In this document: in pieces, positions 39,284 through 48,519 of the stretch
How positions within the stretch are numbered: position 1 is the stretch's first letter
Layout: the number at the start of each line of letters is the position of its first letter
Origin: Prevotellaceae bacterium
GTDB lineage: Bacteria > Bacteroidota > Bacteroidia > Bacteroidales > Bacteroidaceae
Reading direction: 5' to 3'
Length of the DNA stretch: 64,000 nt
NCBI GenBank assembly: GCA_028726625.1
Contig: JAQYPT010000048.1
Span: 47,853 to 111,852, forward strand
Program-made: the position numbers and the translations under genes
Notes under the pieces: model-generated
What the model saw: only the letters and a program-made list of their open reading frames with translations
Databases searched by the model: none
Told to the model about the DNA's origin: nothing

Positions 39284-40648
39284 ATGAAAACAAGATTTTT
39301 TACTTTTATGCTCCTGTTGTGTGCTTCCGTTTGCGTATCGCAAGCACAGAAATTGGAAGGTAGTTGGACGGGCAAACTGTCGGTTCAAGGTGTACAATTA
39401 ACGCTTGTCTTTCACGTTGAGAAGGACAAAAACAACGGTTTCATCGTAACGATGGATAGTCCTGATCAAAGTGTAAAGGGTGTTCCTGCCACAGTGAACA
39501 GTCTGACAGCCGACTCTGTGGATATTGCTGTCTCGTCGATTGGGGCTCGCTATCTCGGCAAACAGCAAGGAGACCACATTCAAGGAACGTTTACGCAGTT
39601 TGGTAGGTCTTTCCCCTTGATGCTCAATCCCGGTGTGGAAGAACTAAAAAGACCGCAAACTCCGCAAGTGCCTTATCCTTATCAAACTGAGGAAGTGACC
39701 TTTCAAAACACAAAGGCCAACGCTGTTTTCTCGGGAACATTGACTTATCCTGTGGGTTATGAGCAGATGAACAAACAGAAAGTACCCGTGGTACTGATGG
39801 TAACAGGTAGCGGTCAAGAAAATAGAAACGAGGAAATCTTCGATCATCAGCCTTTCTTAGTCTTGGCAGATTACTTGGCTCGCCATGGCATTGCATCGCT
39901 TCGATACGATGATAGAGGGTTTGCGAAGTCTACAGGTGATGCTTCCCAATCGACGATGAAAGACAATGCGGAGGATGCGCGCTGTGGATTCAACTACCTG
40001 AAAAGCTTGAAAAAGTTTGGAAAGATAGGTGTCATGGGACATAGTGAGGGTGGTAGTATTGCCATGATGTTGGCAGCAGAGGGCTTACCTGATTTCATTG
40101 TCAGTCTTGCAGGGGTCGCTGGACGTGGTGATAGCTTGATGTTGAAGCAAGTATATCAAGCGATGGAGGCGAGAGGTGGTGCCACTTTCGCGCGTGATTA
40201 CTGTAAGGTGTTGGGGGTTATTTATGCTTATAGAAATGCCAAGAAAGATATTTCTCATCCCGAAGTCGTTTTAGACTCCTTGCTGAAACAAACCAATGTG
40301 TCGCTCCCTGCATTGAGCCGGCAAAGTTTGTTGCCCGTTATCACCATGCAAACTCCATGGGTTCTCGATTTCATCGCTACCGACATGGCTTGCTATCTTC
40401 CTAAAATCAAGTGTCCTGTCATGGCGGTGAATGGTAGTAAAGATGTGCAGGTAGATGCGCACGACAATCTTTCTGCCTTGCGAAAAGGCTTGAAACCCAA
40501 CAAAAAGAACTTGATTAAAGAATACGAAGGACTGAACCATCTGTTCCAACACTGTACGACGGGGCAGACAACGGAGTATCGATTGATAGAAGAAACCTTT
40601 GCGCCAGAGGTGATGCAAGACATCGTTGATTGGATCAAGGCACTTTAA
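39284..40648 (+). CDS. Secreted alpha/beta hydrolase (peptidase S9/S15-like)
   Basis: Signal peptide, 'GSGQENRNEE', 'LRYDDRG', nucleophile elbow GHSEGG, 'GSKDVQV', 'GLNHLFQ'. Confidence 0.85.
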   Translation: MKTRFFTFMLLLCASVCVSQAQKLEGSWTGKLSVQGVQLTLVFHVEKDKNNGFIVTMDSPDQSVKGVPATVNSLTADSVDIAVSSIGARYLGKQQGDHIQGTFTQFGRSFPLMLNPGVEELKRPQTPQVPYPYQTEEVTFQNTKANAVFSGTLTYPVGYEQMNKQKVPVVLMVTGSGQENRNEEIFDHQPFLVLADYLARHGIASLRYDDRGFAKSTGDASQSTMKDNAEDARCGFNYLKSLKKFGKIGVMGHSEGGSIAMMLAAEGLPDFIVSLAGVAGRGDSLMLKQVYQAMEARGGATFARDYCKVLGVIYAYRNAKKDISHPEVVLDSLLKQTNVSLPALSRQSLLPVITMQTPWVLDFIATDMACYLPKIKCPVMAVNGSKDVQVDAHDNLSALRKGLKPNKKNLIKEYEGLNHLFQHCTTGQTTEYRLIEETFAPEVMQDIVDWIKAL

Positions 40649-40664
40649 TCATGCTAAAAAGCTC

Positions 40665-40702
40665 AAGCGGATATACATTTCTGAGGTGTATATCCGCTTT
40701 TT
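40665..40702 (+). terminator. Intrinsic terminator (likely bidirectional)
   Basis: Inverted repeat AAGCGGATATACA / TGTATATCCGCTT followed by a T-run. Confidence 0.7.
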
Positions 40703-40936
40703 TACAGGTTAGGGCGTTTCTATAAATTAGCTTTGTCAGATTGCGAGGCTCTTTTTGGTGGTCAATTTGTTGGTGAGTGAAGGAGTATAGCGAGCTATAC
40801 GACTGAACGAACAAGCAAATTGAACCCAAAAAAGACCGCAAGATGACAAAACGTAAACCGTCCAGCATAAATAAAACTTTACGGTGGTAATTTATAGAAC
40901 CGCCCGTTATTTTTTACAGTTGCCTCTATTGCATTA

Positions 40937-41887
40937 TTAGAAGAATTTTACTTCCTTTCCTTCAATTTCGCTGAGCAACATGTTAGCCAAACGACTGGTA
41001 CCGAGACGGAACCACTTGTTGGTAAGCCATTTTTCGCCTAACACTTCTTTCACAATGGTGTAGTAGATGAGGGCGTCCATCACCGAGTTGATGCCGCCAG
41101 CAGGCTTAAAACCTATCTGAATGCCCGTTTCATCGTAGTATTCCTTGATGGCTTGGCACATCACATACGCAGCTTCTGGTGTGGCTGCCACCTTCTCTTT
41201 GCCCGTAGAAGTCTTGATGTAATCGGCTCCAGCATACATGGAAAGGATAGAGGCTTTCTTTATATTTGACGCTGTTTTCAAGCATCCTGTCTCTAAAATC
41301 ACCTTCATGGCGGCGTCTCCGCAAGTCTCTTTCAACTCTTGTATATCCTCACACATCTCTTCGTAATTACCACTTAGGAACTTGCCTACGGGCATCACGA
41401 TGTCAATCTCAGTAGCTCCGTCTTTCACAGCCAATGCCGTTTCGGCTACCTTTACCTCGATGAGGGCTTGTGAAGAGGGGAAACTGCCCGATACGCAGGC
41501 TATTTCAACGCCTTCAACCTCCAAGGTATCACGTACCACCTGAGCAAAACAAGGATACACACAGATAGTGGCAACATGGGGTAAGTCAGCGTATTCCGTG
41601 TCAAACTGGTTTACCTTTTCGGTAAATGCCATGATGCTTTCGTCCGAATCAGTGCATTTCAGTGAGGTTAGTTCGATACTTCCAAACAGGAATTTCTTCA
41701 CTTCAAGGGTGTCATTGATATGTACTTTCTCTTCGATGAGCTTCTTAACCGCCTCTCGTACTTCATCATCATTGAAATTGGTGTTGTACTTTTTCAAGGC
41801 CTGTTCGTACTTATCGACTGTTTGCTTAGGCGCATTCTTAGCGTTCAATTGCTCTTTCGATGCTTCTATGTTTTGTTTGATAGCCAT
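40937..41887 (-). CDS. deoC: Deoxyribose-phosphate aldolase
   Basis: ATICVYP, GATEIDIV, MKVILETG, ADYIKTSTGK, GFKPAGGI, RLGTS. Confidence 0.93.
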   Translation of the reverse strand: MAIKQNIEASKEQLNAKNAPKQTVDKYEQALKKYNTNFNDDEVREAVKKLIEEKVHINDTLEVKKFLFGSIELTSLKCTDSDESIMAFTEKVNQFDTEYADLPHVATICVYPCFAQVVRDTLEVEGVEIACVSGSFPSSQALIEVKVAETALAVKDGATEIDIVMPVGKFLSGNYEEMCEDIQELKETCGDAAMKVILETGCLKTASNIKKASILSMYAGADYIKTSTGKEKVAATPEAAYVMCQAIKEYYDETGIQIGFKPAGGINSVMDALIYYTIVKEVLGEKWLTNKWFRLGTSRLANMLLSEIEGKEVKFF

Positions 41888-41890
41888 TTT

Positions 41891-42214
41891 TTATTGAAGT
41901 TTTGGGTTGTTAATATGTCTTGTTTTATCTCTGTTTGTTTTCTTCTTCATGTTTTCTTCAAAAGCTTCGGTCAGGTCAACCCCTGTTTGGTTGGCCAGAC
42001 AGATGAGTACCCACAGTACATCCGCCATTTCATCGGCAAGATTAGGTGTCTCTCCTGGCTTGAAACTTTGGTCGCCATAGGTACGTGAGATGATGCGCGC
42101 CAACTCGCCAACCTCTTCGGTAAGGCACGCCATATTGGTGAGTTCGGAGAAATAGCGTACACCATATTCCTTAATCCAGCGATCTACTTGTTGCTGTGCT
42201 TCTTTGATTGTCAT
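41891..42214 (-). CDS. MazG-like nucleotide pyrophosphohydrolase
   Basis: LTEEVGELAR, LADEMADVLWVLICLANQTGVDL. The start at 42214 (MTIKEAQ) gives an ATGA overlap with the upstream gene; 42229 is the alternative. Confidence 0.88.
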   Translation of the reverse strand: MTIKEAQQQVDRWIKEYGVRYFSELTNMACLTEEVGELARIISRTYGDQSFKPGETPNLADEMADVLWVLICLANQTGVDLTEAFEENMKKKTNRDKTRHINNPKLQ

Positions 42215-42942
42215 AGTATCTTTATCCATGAATGGTCAAATCCAATGGTGTCTAAGAATTTATCACAGTCCATGCTTTCAGATAATTTTATTTCAAATCT
42301 TGTCGCATTTACAGGAATGTCTGTATGGATAGTGAACTGTGAACCATGTGGCTGCCAAGTAAATTTTTGCTTGTTGGTTTTGATGTCGAGTCCGATTAAG
42401 TTGCCGTTCTCTTTTTCTTTCCAGATATAGTCATTGGTCCTAAACCTTTGATTTTCTTCTTCAAATAAGATGTACGACTTTAAATCGTTAGACCGTACAA
42501 GTATGTTTGTACGCACTTGCTTATAGTTGTCTTGTGCGATATTTATCCTTTCATTCCAAATTGCCAATACAGCTCTGCCTGTTTGTTGAATATCTTTATG
42601 TGGATCTGTTATGCCGTACGAGTAGTCTGGTGAACATCTACCGCTAATCAATCGTAACGTCTTCACGGAGTCGATATGAGAATGCTTGACAGTCTTCATG
42701 GACCAAGCCATGTCCTTGAGTGTTACATCAGCAATGCCGACGGGTGATTCTAAGTGAGATCCGTTGATGGCATAGGCGAAAGCATCTCCCCATTCGTTGC
42801 CTGTGATGTCTTTTCTCCCTGTTCCCGTCAAATAAATGAGATAGGCTCCTATCTTATACACTATGTCCTCGGGTATTTCGTTCAGTGGATAAAGTTCCTT
42901 TGTTTTGAGATATTTACTGTCTCGTAATTTGGGCCGTTGCAT
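42211..42942 (-). CDS. Putative type II restriction endonuclease
   Basis: 243-aa AT-rich ORF overlapping a C5-MTase, with PD-(D/E)xK-like 'IADV...WSMKT'. The identity is inferred from context. Confidence 0.65.
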   Translation of the reverse strand: MQRPKLRDSKYLKTKELYPLNEIPEDIVYKIGAYLIYLTGTGRKDITGNEWGDAFAYAINGSHLESPVGIADVTLKDMAWSMKTVKHSHIDSVKTLRLISGRCSPDYSYGITDPHKDIQQTGRAVLAIWNERINIAQDNYKQVRTNILVRSNDLKSYILFEEENQRFRTNDYIWKEKENGNLIGLDIKTNKQKFTWQPHGSQFTIHTDIPVNATRFEIKLSESMDCDKFLDTIGFDHSWIKIL

Positions 42943-43894
42943 TGTATGTATTATTACGGTTAAACGTATGGTTTTCTTTGCAGGCCAAGGCTTTCCTCAT
43001 TTCTTGTGCCACCGCCCTAATCATAGGCACGGCTACAGAGTTGCCTGTCTGCCTTCTTATGTCTGCATTGGGTACTACTATTTTGAAATTTTCGGGAAAT
43101 CCCTGCAATCTCAGAAGTTCTCTTGATGAAGGACGTCGTATTCCGTTTATCAATTGATAATTATAGGACGCTCCTGTTCGCAGGGCACAGGCATAGTTTA
43201 GCACGGAAATGTGTCCCGATTTGTTCTCATGCCATATTGATGGATAGAAGACATCTTGTGGGTTTACGGATTTTTTCCTTTTCTCTTTGATGTATTCTGA
43301 TGCAAATAGTGATTTGTCAATCATGTCATCTGTTTCGATAATATCTTTGAGAAAGGCTTTTTTCTTACAGAGAGGAAAATGGAAAGCACTTGACGAAGTG
43401 GCGTTTTTGAAGCCTACGATAATAATTCGTTCTCTTTTTTGTGGCACTCCATAGTCAAGGGCATTTAGGATTTTCCAATGAAGATGATAGCCTAAATCTG
43501 TCAAGGTTCTTCTTATTATTTCAAATGTTTTGCCGTGGTCGTGGGTTGTAAGTTGTTTGACATTCTCCAACAAGAATGCTTCTGGCTCGTGATGTTTCAA
43601 TATTCTCGCTATTTCAAAAAACATAGTGCCCCTGATGTCGTTGAAGCCTTGTCGCTTTCCAATGATGCTGAAGGCTTGACAGGGAAAGCCTGCAAGTAAT
43701 ATGTCATGTTGCGGAATGTCTGAAGCCTTTATCTTTGTTATGTCACCGGCTGGCCTTTCTCCAAAGTTTGCTTCGTATGTGATGCATGCTTTGTCGTCCC
43801 ATTCGGAAGAGAATACGCATTCATATCCCATTTCATCGAAAGGGATGCGTATGCCACCTATACCCGCAAACAGGTCTATAAACGTTTTGTTCAT
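42914..43894 (-). CDS. DNA (cytosine-5)-methyltransferase
   Basis: FIDLFAGIGG, AGFPCQAFS, LLENV, QKRERIIIVG, RELLRLQGFP, GNSVAVP. The start is reassigned to MNKTF, 1 nt after the dtd stop. Confidence 0.95.
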   Translation of the reverse strand: MNKTFIDLFAGIGGIRIPFDEMGYECVFSSEWDDKACITYEANFGERPAGDITKIKASDIPQHDILLAGFPCQAFSIIGKRQGFNDIRGTMFFEIARILKHHEPEAFLLENVKQLTTHDHGKTFEIIRRTLTDLGYHLHWKILNALDYGVPQKRERIIIVGFKNATSSSAFHFPLCKKKAFLKDIIETDDMIDKSLFASEYIKEKRKKSVNPQDVFYPSIWHENKSGHISVLNYACALRTGASYNYQLINGIRRPSSRELLRLQGFPENFKIVVPNADIRRQTGNSVAVPMIRAVAQEMRKALACKENHTFNRNNTYNATAQITRQ

Positions 43895-43895
43895 A

Positions 43896-44348
43896 TTACT
43901 CCTTGTTGTGTGTATCCATACAGATGGTGACCGGACCATCGTTCACTAATTTCACCTGCATATCAGCACCAAACTCGCCAGTGCCAACTTCTTTCCCCAA
44001 TTGAGCACTCAAAAGTTTGCAAAACAGCTGGTAGAGTGGAATCGAAATCTCGTGCCCTGCGGCATGTATGTAGGAGGGTCGGTTGCCTTTTTTGTACGAT
44101 GCCATGAGGGTAAACTGGCTCACTACCAATATTTCGCCATTGATATCGAGGATAGATTTGTTCATCACTCCCTGTTCATCATCGAACACACGAAGGTTGA
44201 CAACCTTCTTGACAAGCCATTCTATATCGTCCTCGCTATCATCTTCACCTATGCCTAAAAGGATAAGAAAACCTTGCTGAATGGCCGATTTCATCGTGCC
44301 TTTGATACTTACCGATGCTTCTGAAACTCTTTGTATGACAATTCTCAT
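43896..44348 (-). CDS. dtd: D-aminoacyl-tRNA deacylase
   Basis: MRIVIQRV, VVSQFTL, GNRPSY, FGADMQVKLVNDGPVT. Confidence 0.95.
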   Translation of the reverse strand: MRIVIQRVSEASVSIKGTMKSAIQQGFLILLGIGEDDSEDDIEWLVKKVVNLRVFDDEQGVMNKSILDINGEILVVSQFTLMASYKKGNRPSYIHAAGHEISIPLYQLFCKLLSAQLGKEVGTGEFGADMQVKLVNDGPVTICMDTHNKE

Positions 44349-44690
44349 ATTACAAAGATATTTATTTTTAGGATTCAAACCAAATAATCATTCGATTATT
44401 GAACTTATCTTTTATCCTCACGCACTTTTCCTTTGATTTATAGGTGGTTCTGGAGACGTTTTAATTGCATAGAGTTTGATGGCCAATATCAATCACTTTG
44501 GTGCTTAAACTCATTGACTTTGGCGCCCAATCTCCTTGCAATTGAAAAGTCATGTTATTCTCCTTGTTTCGCTGATGTTGTGCATCACGTTGTATGTAGT
44601 AGTTTGGTACATGAAAAATCTCCCATTTGTCATCGCTTGACAAGTGGGAGATAGGTTGAAAAAGGCCGATGAAATGGCTCCTTTTTGGTT

Positions 44691-45086
44691 TTACAACAGT
44701 GCAGCGATGGCTTGTGCTGCCTCGCCCTCAAAGTATTTTAATTCACAAATTGGCGTGTTGCGGAAGTCAGCATAACTCAGCACTTGGATGGCAACAAACT
44801 GTTGGTCGTCGGTTACGCACGCTTCGAGACGGTAGTTGCTGATGCTCAGCTTCGAGGGCGGTGTCACCTTTTTTGCCAGGCTTGCTACTTCTGTTTCCGC
44901 TGCATTGATGAGTTTCACGAATGCCTGGGCATCTTCTGCATTGTAGTAATTGATAACTGCATTCAGCTTGCTGTTTGTTGGTGTGTAGGTGGCTTTGCTG
45001 CCAATGCCTAAAAATCCCTTTGAAATCTTGATATTTGAATTGTTGGAAATGGTTTCTGCCATCTCTAAATTTTTTATACTTGCCAT
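44691..45086 (-). CDS. Conserved hypothetical protein (131 aa)
   Basis: ORF MASIKNLEMA...YFEGEAAQAIAALL with an A-rich translation-initiation region. No family recognised. Confidence 0.65.
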   Translation of the reverse strand: MASIKNLEMAETISNNSNIKISKGFLGIGSKATYTPTNSKLNAVINYYNAEDAQAFVKLINAAETEVASLAKKVTPPSKLSISNYRLEACVTDDQQFVAIQVLSYADFRNTPICELKYFEGEAAQAIAALL

Positions 45087-45362
45087 AATTTTCTTCTTTT
45101 TATTGATTGTCTTGTTGATTTTTTTCCGAGCTGCTTGATAAACGTGTATCATGTTGGTATACAGGTTATTGGCACTTCTTTTCGGCCGTTTTGAACCGAT
45201 TGAAGCTAAGGTAGCCATGTTTATGACCTCTCTGTGGGCGAGTGGTTGGCTACCTTGCTAACGACATGTTTGAAGCAGTTTTTACGATTTATTAGTAAAA
45301 TCTCACTGTGCACACATGCTTTGATTGCTTGCGATGTGCGTACGGATTAAAAAGAAGATGGG

Positions 45363-45791
45363 TCAACGAATGATTTGCCTCAATGCGATGACGTAATAAT
45401 CGCATGCGGCAGAGGATGGAATAGGGGTTGTGACCGTTGTGAGGTAGCGGTCAATTCCTTGAAATTGTAGGGAGTAAAACTTGTTGTGAAACGTGTTTCG
45501 GCTAAGCAGATGTGTTGGCTTCGCTGTAAACGAGGGCAGGATGCGCTGTGGACGGGTGTTGCACAGGCGTACGGTTTGACTGGTGTCGGTGATGAGTGCT
45601 GTTTGTCGTTGGGCCGGTTCTATCGTGTCTTCGTAGATGCGGTCTTTGCTCTTTTCATCATCGGAATACCCGGACGTGCCGCCATCTTCAGCCATGCCAG
45701 GTCTCATATCGTTGGCATGTGCTATGCAAGTGTTCTGGTTACCAAGTAGTAGGACCAGAAAAAGCAGTAGGGTTTGTATCCAGGTTTTCAT
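45363..45791 (-). CDS. Hypothetical secreted protein with C-terminal DYYVIALRQIIR motif
   Basis: Signal peptide MKTWIQTLLLFLVLLLG, low-complexity middle, C-terminal 'CDYYVIALRQIIR'. Confidence 0.55.
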   Translation of the reverse strand: MKTWIQTLLLFLVLLLGNQNTCIAHANDMRPGMAEDGGTSGYSDDEKSKDRIYEDTIEPAQRQTALITDTSQTVRLCNTRPQRILPSFTAKPTHLLSRNTFHNKFYSLQFQGIDRYLTTVTTPIPSSAACDYYVIALRQIIR

Positions 45792-45919
45792 CAGTCAGTT
45801 GACGTCTTTTGATAAGTTGTTTCTAAAGGATGCGGGTAGTGTGTGTTACTGTCAGCGGCTATGAGATTGCCCTCAAATAGCTGTTGCGCAGCCTATTGAC
45901 CGCAAAGATAAGCAATTTT

Positions 45920-47758
45920 TTATGGATTGTTGGTGTGAAAGTGATTGAAAATGATTTTTGCCTTTGCTTCTTTGATGATTTCGTTGAGCGTTTCAAGATC
46001 TGCGTCTTTGATCCTTTTCACGCTTTTCAGGGCTTTCAGGAGTTGCTCTTTGGTTTTGGGACCGATGCCTTTGATGTCGTCTAATTCGCTGTGCAGTGCG
46101 TGTTTGCTCCGTTTGTCGCGATGGAAGGTGATGGCATACCGATGCACTTCGTCTTGAATGTTCGTGAGGAGGTAGAAAAGTTCGCTATCTGCTTTTAAAC
46201 CAACGACTTGCGGTGGAAAACCGAATAGCAGTTCGTTGGTTCTGTGTCGGTCGTTTTTAGCAAGTCCTGCGATGGGTATTTGCAGGTTCAGCTCGTCTTC
46301 TACTACCTCTCTTACTACCTCCATCTGTCCTTTTCCGCCATCGGTGATAATCAAGTCGGGTAGGGGTGTTTGCTCTTCTATCATCCTGCTGTATCGGCGG
46401 CGCACCACCTCTTGCATCGATGCGTAATCGTCTGGGCCGGTCACGGTCTTGATGTTGTATTTGCGATAGTCTTTCTTTGATGGTTTCATGCCCTTGAATA
46501 CGATGCAACCTGCAACGGCATCGGTGCCGGATATGTTTGAGTTGTCGAAACATTCGATGTGATAGGGCAGCTTGGGGAGCTTGAGTTTGGTTTGCAATTC
46601 CTTCATCAAACGGGTCTGTTTTTGTTCCGGATTCAGCTTTTCCGATCGTTTGAGGCGATCGAATTTATACTGTTTTCCGTTCATTTCAGACAGGTCCAGC
46701 AGGTGTTTTTTGTCCCCACGTTGGGGAATGAAGAAGGTAGCATTGTTCAAACTCCAATTGATTTCAAAGGGAACGATGATCTCTTTGGCCGTGCTGTTGA
46801 ACCTGCTTCTGATCTCTTGGATGGCAGTGATGAGCAGTTCTTCATTCGTCTCATCAAGTTTTCGCTTATATTCAAAGGTGAAACTCTGGTTGATGGTGCC
46901 GTTTTTGACATGGATGTAGTTGATGAAAGCGTTCTTTTTCTGGTCGTCATCCGTGAGGGTAAACACGTCTAAGTCTTGGAGGGTGTTGCTTACCACCTCA
47001 CTCTTGGCTACGAAATTGTTGAGCATTTCGTATTTTTGTTTGAGCTCTTCAGCCTCTTCAAACTTGAGTTCTTCTGCCTTTTTTAGCATTTGTTGATAGA
47101 GTATCTTGCTCACTTCTCGGGTGTTTCCCTTTAATATTTCACAGGCCTGGGCGATGTTTTCTTGGTAGTTTTCATGCGTTTGTTTGCCCACACAGGGTGC
47201 TTTACAATTATGAATGTGATACTCCAAACAGGGTTTATACTTGCCTTGACTTATTCCTTCTGGGGTGATTGGGAAGCGGCAGGTGCGCAGTTTGTAGAGC
47301 TTTTTGATGAGTTCAAGAAGAGAATACATGATTGTGATTTGGCTATAGGGGCCATAATAGGTGCCAAATCGCCTGTCAATGCGCCTGGTTTTGAAGATTC
47401 TTGGCAGATATTCTTTCGTCACACAGATACTTGGGTAGGTCTTTCCGTCTTTCAACAGTACGTTGTAGCGTGGATTGTACTTCTTAATAAGGCTGTTTTC
47501 GAGTAGCAGTGCGTCCTCTTCTGTATTCACTACGGTGTACGTGATGTCCCAAACCTTGCTGACAAGGACCTTGGTTTTGTAGCGATCAACTTCCTTTCGG
47601 AAATACGAAGAAACACGATTTTTCAAGTTCTTGGCCTTACCTACATAGATAATTTGGTGATCTTGGTCATAGAATTGGTAGCTGCCAGGCTTCCCAGGCA
47701 TGCTCAATGCTATACTTTTTAAGCGGTCAATTCTTTTTAAGTTTTCCTCTTTGTTCAT
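45920..47758 (-). CDS. uvrC: Excinuclease ABC subunit C
   Basis: GIY-YIG-like 'YVGKAKNLKNRVSSYF', 'IECFDNSNISG', 'GPDDYASM', 'DGGKGQ', HhH 'GIGPKT'. Confidence 0.96.
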   Translation of the reverse strand: MNKEENLKRIDRLKSIALSMPGKPGSYQFYDQDHQIIYVGKAKNLKNRVSSYFRKEVDRYKTKVLVSKVWDITYTVVNTEEDALLLENSLIKKYNPRYNVLLKDGKTYPSICVTKEYLPRIFKTRRIDRRFGTYYGPYSQITIMYSLLELIKKLYKLRTCRFPITPEGISQGKYKPCLEYHIHNCKAPCVGKQTHENYQENIAQACEILKGNTREVSKILYQQMLKKAEELKFEEAEELKQKYEMLNNFVAKSEVVSNTLQDLDVFTLTDDDQKKNAFINYIHVKNGTINQSFTFEYKRKLDETNEELLITAIQEIRSRFNSTAKEIIVPFEINWSLNNATFFIPQRGDKKHLLDLSEMNGKQYKFDRLKRSEKLNPEQKQTRLMKELQTKLKLPKLPYHIECFDNSNISGTDAVAGCIVFKGMKPSKKDYRKYNIKTVTGPDDYASMQEVVRRRYSRMIEEQTPLPDLIITDGGKGQMEVVREVVEDELNLQIPIAGLAKNDRHRTNELLFGFPPQVVGLKADSELFYLLTNIQDEVHRYAITFHRDKRSKHALHSELDDIKGIGPKTKEQLLKALKSVKRIKDADLETLNEIIKEAKAKIIFNHFHTNNP

Positions 47759-47797
47759 CGCTATAAGTCTCTGTGTCACAGGAAATGATATTTTAAT

Positions 47798-47813
47798 TGT
47801 TTCATGTGAAACA
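47798..47813. promoter_or_regulatory. parS site (ParB loading)
   Basis: TGTTTCATGTGAAACA, 1 mismatch from the consensus TGTTTCACGTGAAACA; intergenic. Confidence 0.75.
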
Positions 47814-47853
47814 TCTGCATCTGCTTAATCATGATACGCTTCGCTGCAATTCT

Positions 47854-47894
47854 TGCAAGAGGGTAGTGGATTTTACGTTCCACTACCTCTTGCA
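47854..47894. terminator. Hairpin between apt and uvrC
   Basis: TGCAAGAGGGTAGTGGA / TCCACTACCTCTTGCA (one bulge). Confidence 0.5.
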
Positions 47895-47908
47895 TTTGTC
47901 ACTGTTGA

Positions 47909-48439
47909 TTAGAATTGCAACAGTGATTCAATCTCGATGTCTTTGTCAAACTGCTCTCTACAGTGTGGGAACTCGCTCTTGAGTTCAATGATAAAATTCG
48001 CATAAATCTTCTTGGGATGGAACTTCTTCACCAGATCACAGGCCGCTTTCATCGTCCCTCCGGTTGCTAACAGGTCGTCGTGTAATAGAACGATGTCATT
48101 CTCGTTAATGGCGTCTTTATGGATCTCAATGGTGTCGATGCCGTATTCCTTTGCGTAACTTTCTTGTACTGTTTCGCAAGGAAGTTTGCCTGGTTTGCGA
48201 CATAAGACGATTCCTGCACCTAATTTGATCGCGATGGCGGATGACATCACAAAGCCACGACTCTCGATTCCCACAATTTTTGTGATGCCTTTGTTTTTGT
48301 ATAATTCGTACATTTCATCGCTGATGGTACGTAAACACTCGGGACTTTTGAATAGAGTAGTAACATCTCTGAAGTTCACTCCTTTGATTGGCCAATCTTG
48401 TATGGTGCGCAAATTGTCCAAAAGTAATTTGTTGTTCAT
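47909..48439 (-). CDS. apt: Adenine phosphoribosyltransferase
   Basis: FRDVTTL, GIESRGF, RKPGKLP, YAKEYG, HDDLLATGGT. Confidence 0.94.
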   Translation of the reverse strand: MNNKLLLDNLRTIQDWPIKGVNFRDVTTLFKSPECLRTISDEMYELYKNKGITKIVGIESRGFVMSSAIAIKLGAGIVLCRKPGKLPCETVQESYAKEYGIDTIEIHKDAINENDIVLLHDDLLATGGTMKAACDLVKKFHPKKIYANFIIELKSEFPHCREQFDKDIEIESLLQF

Positions 48440-48473
48440 TATTAATGTGTTATGTTATTATTAAATATCTTAT

Positions 48474-48489
48474 TGTTTCATGTGAAACA
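48474..48489. promoter_or_regulatory. parS site (ParB loading)
   Basis: Second exact copy of TGTTTCATGTGAAACA, between mnmG and apt. Confidence 0.75.
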
Positions 48490-48519
48490 TACCTGTTGTT
48501 TGCTTCTATTTGATGATCG

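Noticed and set aside
42914-43894. Inferring R-M specificity from site avoidance
   Set aside because: Candidate GCGC-containing sites (AGCGCT, GGCGCC, TGCGCA) all occur in the window, and a recently acquired system would not show avoidance anyway.
44433-44654. Short ORFs (60-73 aa) between dtd and the 131-aa gene
   Set aside because: They have no motifs, unusual composition and overlap each other on opposite strands; the region is more likely promoter and terminator sequence.
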